64,000 bases of DNA from Lama guanicoe. Its lineage: Eukaryota. Where the stretch lies: contig MU053933.1 in NCBI GenBank assembly GCA_013239625.1, forward strand, positions 684,001-748,000. Direction: 5' to 3'. How positions within the stretch are numbered: the first letter of the stretch is position 1; every line of letters starts with the position of its first letter. The notes below the pieces were generated by a model. It was not told the DNA's origin, ran no database searches, and saw only the letters and a program-made list of their open reading frames with translations. Both the position numbers and the translations under genes were made by a program. Below, piece by piece: positions 22,155 to 52,699 of this stretch.

Positions 22155-22220
22155 GTGCTGTCCCCAGTGACAGAGGATGTGGTGTCCCCAGTCACAGAGG
22201 ATGTGGTGTCCCCAGTCACA
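22155..22220 (+). repeat. 24-bp tandem repeat (c.2.7 copies)
   Basis: Unit GTGGTGTCCCCAGTCACAGAGGAT. Confidence 0.85.
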
Positions 22221-23789
22221 AGACGCAGCAACCCAGGGGGCTTGCCTTTTCAGCCTTTGGGGTAACTGGCCTAAGAGTAAATGTGTCTAAATTAATTGAC
22301 TGGAAGCCAATACTGTTTACACTTCTGCAGCAGAAACCTGATTCTTCTCCGTCACCACGGGCACGTCCCTTTGCCTTCCAGCCGCTGGAGGCCAGGTGTG
22401 GGGCTGCACCCCGCTGGCCTTCAGGGCCTGCAGTCACCCAGCTTCCAGCCCGAAAAAAGAGCCTGCAGTCAACAACAGAGACCTCAGTGGTTTGACAGAT
22501 GGGGGAGCTTACACGTCGGAAGAAGGTCCTGGAGCGACACCCCACGGAGTGCGGTGGAGGGCGGTGGGCAGGACCTGGCGGCGGTCTTGGGTTTTGGTGG
22601 GGGCGGCGGAGAGGTTAGCAGTTACAGGGGAGTTGACGTCAGGCTGGCTCATCGGTTACCAGGGAAACCAGCAGAGGAGCCACCCCATGATAGGAACAAT
22701 CCCTAGCTGGGGCGGGGGCAAGACTGAAGGCGGGTCCGGCAGGTGAGTAGGTGCAGGGGACACAGGCACTGCTCCAGCGGGGGATGGACCGAGAGCAAGA
22801 GAGCCGCCCTCTTGGCGGCCTGGCCACACACGGGCCATCAGGTGTGGGTCTGCCGCTAGATCAGGGCTGGGTGCTCACGCACGCATCCCAACCCCACCGC
22901 TGCTGCTTGGAGAATTCTCACAGAGGGGCCTTTGGACGTGAAGACCAGTACAGCTTCACCCATGCCTGGAACACCTTCCACCCACAGCGGCTCCCGGGCC
23001 AGGGCGACAGCCAGACCTTCCTGGGGTCTTCCTGCACAGCCCTGGGCCGTCTCTCCAGGTGAGGGGTGGAGGAGATGGACTTCAGCTGGGGCCTCACCTC
23101 CCAGCCAGAAACCCTGCTATTGGAAGAGGGAGGTAGTGACAGCTTTGGTGGCCAAGTACAGTATTCACGTTTTTGGCCAACTTTTAACACTCTGTTTCCA
23201 AACTTTCTGTAACATTGTTAGGTCTTCTGTAATTCTTATAAAAATGCTTAAACACAGCTATATCAAATACTAAAATATCAGAAAGACAGACAGACAGACA
23301 GACAGACAGAGACGGCATTTCCAGGCACTGTCCTGGACTTCTGGGCACAGATGGGGGGCTCCTTCATTTACTAACTTGGGACACAGATGCCCCACAGTTG
23401 CTTCTTCAGGCCCAAGCCACTAGGGGGAGACAGCCCACCTCATCTGTGGCGTGTTTCTCTGGCTGTTGCTGGGCTGCAGGTTAGGTATGCTCCAGCCACA
23501 GCCATCTCTCTTGGCTCCTGCTCTGGCCTGGCTGTCTGGTAGGGTAGGTATGAAGCTATATCCATGGGAGAAAATCAACAAGACGGCAAACAGCTTTACC
23601 TACGAACTTCAAGCCAGCAAATGTCTCCACTGGGACCAAACGTATCTAGAGGACAGAGAAGTTGATCATCACAACTATGTCTCAGTGGGTTCCAACTGGT
23701 GGCCCAAAGTCTCTTTAGACTCAAATGCCGAAGACTGTAGCTTTACAGTTAGTTACTTGCTTTTGCTCCTGCTGGTATGTGGTGCCCCA

Positions 23790-23960
23790 CTGGCCTGATG
23801 GGTGGTCTTGGGAAATCCTCTTCACTTTTACACCTTGGTTTTCCCATCTGTGGAATGGGACTAGTGATAATCCCTATGTCGTAGGGTTGCTGTGATGATG
23901 CAACAGGCAAGTATGTGAAACGGGCTGAGAATTGTGCCAGGCTCCCTCCTGGTACAGGCT
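23790..23960 (+). mobile_element. MIR SINE fragment
   Basis: Core CCTTGGTTTTCCCATCTGTGGAATGGGA..TAAT..TAGGGTTGCTGTGA. Confidence 0.7.
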
Positions 23961-24329
23961 GAGTCACTGGCTGGCATTAGCATCACCCAAGACCTTTTGA
24001 AAGATGTAAGATGACAAATATTTCCCAACAAAATTCAGGAGCAGTTAAAACAGAAGGAAACCACAACAAGCTGCTGACCCCAAAGCCAAGTTCTCACAAC
24101 GAAGACCATCACATGTGAAATCTTTTCTCTTTTCACAGCTCTGTCTTCAATACCTGAGCTACCGCCACTTTCCTTCTTTTTTTGATTGGAGTATCATTTT
24201 ATTTTGAGCAGGGTAATTTTAAATGACGGTATATGGGTTTCTTTAACAGAAGATTCTGTGCCATGGTACCATTATAAATGGAAACCTGTAGAGCTTGATG
24301 GCTTCTTTCTTTCATCCTATAGAACATGG

Positions 24330-25855
24330 TTTACTGAAGTCTAGCTGATGTAATGCGATGTTCGTTTCAGGTGTACAACATAGTGGTCTGACGTTTAAAT
24401 ACAATGCAGAACGATCTCATGGTAAGTCTCGTTATCCTCGGTCCCCATACAAACTCATTGCCGTGTTACTGACTATGTTTGTGCTGTGTATTACATTCCC
24501 AGGGCTTATTTATTTTATAACTGGAAGTTTATACCTCTCAGTCGCCTTCACCCACTTCACTCAGCCATCAACCACTCCCTGCTTGTGACCGTCTGTGTAT
24601 TCTCTGTATCTATGAGACTGTTTCTGTTTCATTATGTTTGTTCATTTGTTGCTTTTTAGATTCTACATATAAGTGAAATATTTCTTTCATTTTTTAATTT
24701 GTCTTGTCTGATTTATTCACCTACCATTATATCCTCAAGGTCCAGCCATGTTGTTACAAATGGCAAGATTCCATTCTTTTTTATGGCTGAATAATATTCC
24801 GTTGTGTATATATACCACATCTTCTTTATCCATTCATCTGCTGATGGACACGTAGGTTGTTTCCTTATCTTGGCTGTTGTAAACAGTACTGCAATAAACA
24901 TAGGAGATATATACATTTTTGAATTAGGGTTTTTGTTTTCTTTGGGTGGACACCTAGAGTGGAATGCTGGATCATATGATAGTTCTATTTTTTAATTTTT
25001 TGAGGACCCTCCATACCGTTTTCCATAGTGGCTGCACCAATTCACAGCCCCACCAACAGGGCACAAGTGTTCCCTTTTCTCCACACCCTTGCCAAAACTT
25101 GTTATTTGTTCTTTTTGATGATAGCTATTCTGACCGGTGTGAAGTGATATCTCATTGTGGTTTTGAATTGCATTTTCATGCTGACTAGTGATGCTGAGCA
25201 TCTTCCCAGGTGCCTGTTGGCCATCTGTGTGTCTTCTTGGGAAAGATATCTGTTCAGGTCTTCTGTCCATTTTTTTGATTGGGTTCTTTGTTTTTTGCTA
25301 TTGAGTTGTAGTTCTTTGTCTATTTTGGATATTAACCCCTTATTGGATATTTTATTTGCAAATATCTTCTCCCATGCAGTAGGCAGATTTTTGTTTTGTT
25401 GATGATTTCCTGCACTGTGCAAAACATGTTTTAGTTTGATGTAGTCCCATTTGTTTATTTTTGCTTTTGTTGCCCTTGCCTGAGGAGACAAATCCAAAAA
25501 AAATACTAATACATATGTCAAAGAGGTATTTGCCTATGTTTTCTTCTATGAGTTTTGCAATTTCAGGTCTTGTATTTAGTATTTTAATCCATGCTGAGTT
25601 TGTTTTTGTGTTTGGTGTGAGAAAGTGGCCCAGTTTCATTCCTTTGCATGTAGCTGGGAAGACTGTCTTTCCCCATTACATGTTCTTGCCTCATTTGTCA
25701 CAGGTTAATTTCCCATATTAGTGCGTGGGTATATTTCTGGGCTCTCTATTCTGTTCCCCTGATCTGTGTGTCTGTTCATATGCCAGTACCACTATAGTTT
25801 GGAATCAGAGAGGGTGCTATTTCCAGCTTTGTTCTTTCTCGAGATTGCTTTGGTG
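24330..25855 (-). mobile_element. L1 (L1MA-like) 3' c.1.5 kb
   Basis: Minus-strand ORF2 pieces [66 protein letters not shown]. Confidence 0.93.
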
Positions 25856-27142
25856 AGCTACCACTACCTTCAAAGAGAGCTGGGTAGAAACCCTTAAAAT
25901 AAAAATGGTCTTGTCACTTTCTGACATGTATAGAGATCTGTGCAGTGACTCTGATTCGGTGAGGGCCATCCAATTACAGTTTGCCCTAGCTACCCACCCC
26001 CCATCTTCCTCCATTCCCCTCTCACTCAAGTCACGGGAGGCTTCCTGGAGCCACAACATTCCCTGGATACCTGGGTCCATCTCTGACCTCTTTGAAAGTC
26101 ACCCATCTTTCCCACTGTTGCCTCAAAGCAAAGCAACAGATTCATATTCTGATGAATTTGTTCATGATAAAGCACCACTGGGCAGCAGTTACTTACCAAG
26201 TAACCTTCTTCTGTTGTGTGTGTGTTGTGGGGACCGCAGAAGGCGTGTGGGTCATGGGAGGGGTCCCCAGCCCTGCAACTGCATGGTAGATTAATGGGTC
26301 CATACAAAGAGGTAGGGAAGCCTCTGGCTTCTTGATGGCAGGAGACTGTCATCAGTATTGCTGTGTGCGGTCTCGGTGGTCCTGTGTTATCCCAGTACTT
26401 TCTTATTCTGCTTCTGAGTGTTGTGATGTCATAAGAGATAGCGCTGATCTGCTGAGAACCCTGTTCTAACAGAAAAATGCAAAACCCACAATGTCTACAG
26501 GAGAGATCAAAGTAATCCAGCCTCTTGAACGAAACTTACACAATTTCAATTTACACAAGCAGTCAGGATTCATTCAGACGAGCTCTGGCTTTTGAACACA
26601 CTAAGAAGGTGTATGTCCCCTGGGAGCAAGAGACAACAATACATCAAGCACCAAAGGCTAGGAAGACATAACAGAAATAAACCTCAAAACTATAATCACA
26701 TAGAGGTTAAGTTCCCACATGTGAAAAGAGATCTTGGTAGAAAATTTGGGTCCTGTTCTGGTGCCTGGATACGGATGTGCAGACAGCGGCATCTGCAGTG
26801 ATGCCTGCAGGTCCAAGCTGTCACGTCTTTGCTGAGTGGCTGCGGCTTGGGCCGCTCTGCATGGGAGGAAACTGGATGGACAAGTAGGGAAAAGGTAGCC
26901 CTTTGGGAGGTGTTCCTGCTTCTGCTCTTAGTGAAGGTCAGAAAGGACTTTCAGGGTCATTTCAGTCCATCGCCCCTCTGGCTGGTTAGAGGCGTTAGAA
27001 GAAAACTGTTCTACTTGTAGAGGAATGAAAAGATGCTCCTTCTTTTGGCTCTGCTGCTCGAAGTTTCCACACGGGACTCCACGGAAGGGCAGGGATGGCT
27101 CCATCTTGGCAGGAACTCAAGGTGGTAACTTGCTTTTTCTCT

Positions 27143-45722
<18,580 letters not shown>

Positions 45723-46084
45723 TTAAATCTTTGAAATCTGACTATCCACAAGAAGCTTGTTCACTGCCAATAAATCAAAGCCATTTGTCCAGGGAGAATG
45801 CATTTTGTTTTTCCCGAGCTACAGCAGATAAGAGAGACACTTCTGAAGTGAGCGAAAAGATGCGAACGGAGTCCTGCCCCAAACATGACTTTCCCATTAT
45901 TTGTTCAACCAACCTCAAATCAATTGAACAGCGTATCTTTAGAGACAGGCCTTTTTACCTTTAGAAGTTAGCGTACCATTATTTTTCAGAAGATAAATTA
46001 CTTTCAAACGCTTTCCTTCTCTTTCACCACGGCTCTTGGTCCCACATAAACCCCACCTTTTGCCGGCACCGGGCAAGCACCTAC

Positions 46085-46240
46085 CAGGAAAGTAGTGTCC
46101 GTGCCCCCAACTGCAGGCCGCACCAGGGAGGGGACTTCCACCCACAGTGTTTGTAGCTTCCCATAAGCACAACCCTTTCCAGGCTCGCACAGGGTTGACC
46201 TAGTTAAGGATGAAAGTATCCCTGCCCTCTGGGTGCCCAG
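46085..46240 (-). other. TMPRSS3: Probable TMPRSS3 non-coding exon 1 (boundaries approximate)
   Basis: Minus strand TAGGTCAACCCTGTGCGAGCCTGGAAAGGGTTGTGCTTATGGGAAGC resembles the recalled human 5'UTR. Candidate donor CTG|GTAGGT. Confidence 0.6.
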
Positions 46241-48239
46241 CCCCTGCCCCCCTTGCCTTGCAGAAGGAGGAGTGGCTGGGGACAGCGGGCTTGCTTCCTC
46301 CAAGAGAACTCCACCCACCTCAGTGCCAGAGAGGCATTTCCAGTCACTCGAAGGGAGGCGGAGGGAGCAAGGAAAGGGCTGCATGTTCCCAACTAGATTC
46401 CAGCCCACCCTCCCCAGAGTCAGGCACCAGCCCTCCCGGACCTGCTCCCGCCAGCGCTGCAACTGAGAGGTTCCAACAGCCGTGTGAGCGTAGGCGCTTA
46501 GCTCAACCATCTTTATTTTCTTTTTGTTTATTTGTAATGTTTGAAATTCAAAAGGGAACTGTTCCTCCACTTAAACTGTCTGCTTAGATTTTCCTACGAC
46601 AGGGTCTGTTTATGCAACAGTTATGCACTAAAAATATGTATTTCATTTTCAGCCCAAGAGTAGCTTCGCAGAGTATCTTAAGACCAATAAAATCACATTC
46701 ACCAGTTTTCACTTTGCTGGCGGTTGCCACTTACTAGCAGCAGGTAGCAAATTCCACAGCCTAACTTCAGAACAAGAATGAAAGTCAATGGCCAAAGGGT
46801 TTCTGCAAAGTGGAATCTGCGTCAGGAAGCCCCTTCCACCCGGCCGCGTCGGGAGGCGTCACAACGCGGAGAACTGCTGGAAAGTCACCTCGTAGAAGCG
46901 TCTTCTGCCCCCCACCCCCGCCCCCACCACCCACTAGACTCACCATTTCCAGAGCAGCCATCACCGAAAGCAGAAGCAGTCTCCTTTTTCATTATAAAAG
47001 AAGGCGTGATGGAAAACAGGCCGCCAGCCGGTTAGTCCAAGCGGGAAATATTTCCACCAAGTCACTCAGCCTTGTCGGCTGGATCATCGCAGCGACCGGC
47101 AGTGCCGCGGGCCTCTGTGTAACCCAACCTGGAGGGAGCTATCAAGTGGCCGGCGCTGGTAGGGCTGCAGGGACCTGGAGGGGAAAGTGTGGCTGCCTTT
47201 ACCTTAATTACTTTACCTTACTTACGTAAGGTAAGCAGACCTTTTCAGAAACTTCACCTAAGGGAGGCTTTGGAACACAGACACTCCTCTTACCTAAAAG
47301 AACATGTCAGCTCACCCAGGGGGCAGGCGATGCTTGGGTGGGGGTCTCCACCCCTCTAACCCAGGCCCAGGGTGAGACCCGCAGCCACTCTGCAGACAAA
47401 GGATGGGGAACCTGCAGCCAGTGATCTAAGGGACACTTCGCCCTCCGTCCCGCAGGGGCCTCTGCATCCCAAGAGGTTTCCACACACAATGCGGCTTAAA
47501 GGTGTGCTATCAGGAGAGAACACAACCCTGCCGCGACGGGCGAGGGGGCTGAGCGCCCCTTTGGAAGGGCGGCATGAATGGGAGCGAGATGAGAATCGTG
47601 CATTCTTTGTTCAGCAAATATTTATGGGCCATCTGCTGGGAACCAGGCATCCAGATTCAGAGCGGATGGCAGCGGGGACAAAGCACTCGCCTGTGGCCTC
47701 AGAGGGTGACAAACCCTAGGAAGAGATGAGGCTGGGCGAGGCTTAGGGAGTGATGACACAGGCTGGTGGAGGAAGAAGTGACGTTTCAGTCAAGACCTCA
47801 ATGATGGGGTAAAATGGGTCTTGTGAGCCGAGGAGGGGAGGGTTGCTCCAAGCATCAGACCATCACGTCAAAGGCCCAGAGGGAAACAATGAGCTGGTGG
47901 TATTTGAGAAAGTCAAGAAAGCTTATGTGCCTGGCGAGGCTTGAGGGAGTGGGGACCAGGCTGGGAGGCTGACCACCCCCCCAGTGCTAGAGAAGTTGGC
48001 TGACTGGCTCTGACCAAGAGGCCCTGCGCTTGCTTTTCCTCCCTCCCTGCTTTGATGCCGAACAGCCCCCAGGCTTTTCCGTTGCACACCCCCTTCCTGT
48101 GCATTCTTCACTGAGAGCGGCTTTGGCCCTGGGGCTGTGCTCCGGGGGGAGATGACAGGCTGGTGACCTCAGAGGGGTGGGGGGCCCTCCGGAGTCCCTC
48201 CGCGGCACCGGGAGGGTTCGCTGGCGCTGGGAGGAGTGC

Positions 48240-48770
48240 AGCGCCCTGTAAAACGCCCTGATCGTTAGCCCCTCTCTGTTCTACCCAGTTTTTCTATAAA
48301 ACCTCAAGCCCCCAACACCAGGACGGAGTCTCAGCGTCGAAGGCATCATTAGCCTGCTGCAACTCCACTTCGCCTGGCAAAGCAGTAGGCTCTTCTTTTC
48401 TGACTCTCCCCAAACTCTGCCTCCGAGTCTCAGGCCATCTTTTGAGGCACAGAGGCCAGTTTTGCGGCAGCAGGCTGATGGGTGGATCGCAGAGGGCCGG
48501 GCCCCTGGAAGGACTCTGGTTTGGTTTGCACGTGAGGGAAAGGCACGTGAGGGAAAGGCACGGAGGTGCCGAGAGGCGTGGTCGGGACTCACCTATGTGT
48601 GTGCAGCAAGATGGGCGCAGGGTGGGTGCACAGAGAGCCTGGAGGAGGCTGCTGGGAACCCGGGCCCCGCGGCTGTGACCTGGACCGGGGGCTAGCGCTG
48701 CAGGTGGAGATCGAGGGCTGCGATGGGGACTGCTGCAGAGCGAGGTGTTGGTGGGATTCACCAATGGCGA
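48240..48770 (+). mobile_element. Probable ERV LTR 3' part plus leader sequence
   Basis: CTATAAAA, U5-like end GCACAGAGGCCAGTTTTGCGGCAGCA, then GC-rich leader-like sequence. Confidence 0.4.
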
Positions 48771-49245
48771 TGTCGACTGAAAAATTACACAACCGAGACG
48801 CTGAGAATATGCTTTGTTCGGTGCTTTCCGAGGACTCCAGCCCAGGCGGTGGCCTCTCAGCTCGCTCTGAGGGATGGCTCCAAAGAGGCAGGGGAGGAGC
48901 CAGGATACATAGGAGCTTTGCCAGAAAGACCAGGTAGTCAGAACATCCAAAGATCACTGTTAATTGAAGAAAACCAAATATCTCAAGTTAAGGAATTTAG
49001 CGCTTTTCTAGGTATGGGAGGGTGCCAAGGCCTGAGCTCATTGAAACCGCTCCTTAGCTGCCCGGGGCCCGCGTCCTGAGTTCCCTCAGGGTGCACGGTG
49101 GGGGTGGCTGCAGAGGCCGGGCTCTCTGCTTGTCCCCACCCTGCATTCCCTCTGGCTCACCTTCAGGGATGTCGGTACCGGCTGATGACTTGATGGCCAC
49201 AGCATCCCTTGTTTACTGATACGGCTGCAGTATTTTTCGTTTGCA
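48771..49245 (-). mobile_element. ERV1-class solo LTR (family B)
   Basis: TG...CA, GCGA/GCAA 4-bp flanks, homology to other family B copies. Confidence 0.83.
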
Positions 49246-50960
49246 GCAACAATAGCCAAAGAGATACATTCAGCCAGTCGTGGTTTACTTCAGTCTTGTT
49301 TCCCCGCCTCCCAGCACGTGCCCACACATCTCTCAGTGTCTTTGGGATTTAGCACCAGCTAACCTTCAAGCTCGTACATCCCCCCTTTGCACCTTTCCTA
49401 ACTACCCTCTCCAGTCCCTGAAGGAATATTTGCTCTCAAAGACGGTGACAGGAAACTTGGAACTTAATGCTTTATTTGCTTTCACCTGCTTGTTGTGGGT
49501 GGGCCTCCCGACAAGAGCACAGCTCTCGGAGGGCAGAGTCTAGAATGGACTCTTAGGGTATCAGGCACGGTGATGAGTGCGCTGTGCGCGCCACATATAG
49601 GAGCCGATTGTGAACCAAGGTGGACGAACGCTACTGAGCAGACGTGCGGACTACCAAAAGCAATCACAAGGTCATACTGACATGTGTTACGTGTTGGCAT
49701 GTGTGTCAGATGAGGTCAAAGATCGAGCCAATTCCCCAGGAGGTGTTCGGAAGAAACCCCTGCAGGTAGCTGACTTCTGTCGCCATGAAGTAGCCTCTCA
49801 GAAAGGTTGCTTACAAATCAATTCCATCAAGCTCAAAATGAAATCTTAAGGAAGCAGAACTCAGCATACTTAGGGCTGGCATCTGGTATTTACCACGCTG
49901 GTGTCTTAGGAGGTCTTTGTCTGGAGGTAGGAGAGGGTCATCCTACCTGAGGGCTCCCCTAGGAGCTGGGAAGCCTTAGTGACCTGTGTGCACAGCTTGA
50001 GCTACAGGTGTGGTCTGTCTCCACCTTGACTCCTTTAGGGAGTGAGGGGAGGCTTTGGGGGTCAATCACAGTAGAAGCTGTCAGTTAGGAAGCTTTAGTC
50101 TTTTCACTGTTGGCCTTGGAAGGTAACTTTGCAAGCCAAGAAAAAAGGAATTTAGTTAGGGCATTTCCTGGTATACGCAAATAAGATTTTTTTTAAAAAG
50201 AAATTTACATTTTTATAGAAGTGCAATTGCTCAAAAAGTGGTTTACTATTACGAGAGAAAAATATGTTTGAGTAGAGGCTGTATTTCAGACCCCAAATCT
50301 ACTTTTTTCCTTTTGTCTACTCTCAGACTTTCAAATTTAAGCTCTATAATTTATCTGATTATAAAATTATTTCATCTTTTGAACTCAAAGGAAAAGGACA
50401 TTATTTTAAAATATAATTTCTACATTTCACATTTAAAGGTGAGATATTGAAAGCTTTCCCTCTGAGATGGGGAGCAACATAAGGAGACACGCTGTATGGA
50501 CATATACCAGACGATTCAGTATTTGCAGCTCAAGCCAGTGCAATAAAACTGGAAGGAGGAGGAGGGGAGAAGGAAAAAGAAAGAAAAAAAATGAAAAGGA
50601 AAAAAGGTGAAGGAAAGAACGAAAAAAGAATGGAAGAATGGAAGGAAGGAAGGGAGAATTTTTAAAAGAAAAGAATATGTACTGCTAAAAAAAGAAATAA
50701 AGCTATTATTATTGTTAGACAAAATTATTTTTGAACATAAAGTATCTTTAAAATTCTAAAGATAAACACTAGAATTAGAAAGTAATTCACATAAAACTTG
50801 TGGATATAAGTGAAATGCAAAATAATGTGAAATCAACAGTATTTTGATCTGCAAATAACAGAGAGTAGGAACATGACATTTTAAAAAGATGTAACTTACA
50901 GTGCATGAATCATAATCAAATATCTAAGAATAATCTCATCAACACTGCACAACGTCAAAC

Positions 50961-51412
50961 TGAAGAGGGGAGCCTCACTAAAATGCAGCTGGGAGGCCAG
51001 AAGGGGGAGCTCTCACAGACGCACAGGTAGATGTCATTACAGGAAGACTGGTCAATTACAGACCCAAACCGAAGAATCATCAAAAGGAAAGATCACAATG
51101 GGCCCCAGTGGGCCCCAACAGGAAAAGATGCACATTGCGGCTCCTACGAGAAACTGACACCACAGCCACTCAGCCAGTGAGAAACCATCATCACCCTAAA
51201 CTGTCACTTTTCCCCATGGACTGAGTCCAAAACAAGCCCTCCCGACTTCCCCACTTTATGCTATAGAAAAAGAATATTCCTCTCCTTTGTTTGTTGGACT
51301 TGCCTGTGGTTTTTGCCACGCCTTGCTTGTCCTAAATTGCAATTCTCTACTATTCTCGAATAAATCCATTTTTGCTGGTAAAAAAACCTGACTTTCATTT
51401 TTAAGATCAACA
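50961..51412 (+). mobile_element. ERV1-class solo LTR (MER34/LTR39-like)
   Basis: TG...CA. 3' end AATAAATCCATTTTTGCTGG...TTTTAAGATCAACA. Confidence 0.6.
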
Positions 51413-52699
51413 ACCTGACCTGGACACAGAAAACTGTGTAACAGAACTGGAGGAAAATAAAGAAGCCCTGGTAACTCTATGCCAAGAAATCTGACAACCT
51501 ACGTAAAGTTGTCAGATTCCTTGAAAAACAATTTAATAAAATAGATAAAAGTAAAATACTCCTATACCTGTTAAATAAATTAAATCCATAGTCAAAAACT
51601 CTACAAGGAAAATTCGAGGCCCAGAAGACTTCACTGATAAATCTTTTTAAACACTTAAGAAAGAGATTACACCAGCCTTACAAAAACTTGGAGAATTTAG
51701 AAAGAGATAATACTTCCCAAGTCATTTATGAGGCCAGAATAATGTTGACACTTCGGGAGACCAACGGTCCTTGTTTCCCTGGGACTGAGGGGGTTTTCCT
51801 GGGACGGGAACTTTCAGTGCTAAGACCAAGGAAGTCACAGGTACTGGTCACTCTACTGATAACAAATCTGACAAGGAAATTACAAGAAAGGAAAACAACA
51901 GGCTAATTTACAAACATTGATGCAAAAATTTGAAACAAAGCATTAGCAAATTGGTTCCAGCAGCATATTGAAAAAAAAACAACATATTAAGACCAAGGAG
52001 GTTTCATCTTTGGAAAACAAGGTTGGTTTAACATTCAAAAATCAGTTGGTCAATTACCTCATTCATTGAATAAAAGAGGTATGATCACCTCAATAGATGC
52101 AGAAAGAGCATTTGATAAAATTTAATATCCATTAATGAAATTTTAAAACACTTCAGTAAGCTAGGAATGAAAAAGAATTTCTCTTATTTGATAAAGAGTA
52201 TCTACCAAAAAACCGCTTTTATTCAACATGGTCCTGGAGGTCTTTGCCAGGCAATATGGCAAGAAGGTGAGATAAAGTTTATAAATGTTAGAAAGTGAGG
52301 GGGAAACTGTCACTATTTGAAGGTTACATAATTGTGTACATAGAAAATCCAGAAGAATCTACAAAATATTAGAATTAACAAGTAATCTTGGCCAGATTAT
52401 TGCATGTGATGTCAATACATAAAAATCAGTTGTATTTCTCCACACTGGCAGCAAGGAAATGGAAACAGAAATTATTTTTAAACAATAGCATCAAAAACAC
52501 ACAACATGTAGGAATAAACTTAGTGACAGAAGAACCAGATGCTGAAAACTACAAAACATTACCACAGGAAATTAAATACATAGAGAGATATACCATATTC
52601 GTGGAATGGAAAACCTAATATTGTAAAATTGATCCACAGATTCACATAATCCCAAAAAAATTTCCAACAGGGCTTTTTTTGGTGGAAATTAGCATATTG

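Larger units (their letters stand above)
3502..23747 (+). pseudogene. Putative decayed uromodulin-like (UMODL1-type) multi-exon pseudogene: SP-EMI-EGF-FN3-SEA-EGF-ZP
   Basis: Collinear exon relics: 3502-3565, 3714-3951, 4495-4612, 5001-5119, 6509-6760, 9055-c.9200, 10274-10814, c.12052-12331, c.20535-20638, c.22925-23058, 23548-23747. Many have intact AG/GT sites and several are phase 1. Domain-like motifs carry stops, frameshifts and lost cysteines. Confidence 0.55.

Noticed and set aside
22155..22220. Repeat array that could be mistaken for CRISPR
   Set aside because: Contiguous tandem units without spacers, in a mammalian genome.
24330..25855. L1 ORF2 peptides as an active retrotransposon
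   Set aside because: 5'-truncated and broken by stops and frameshifts.
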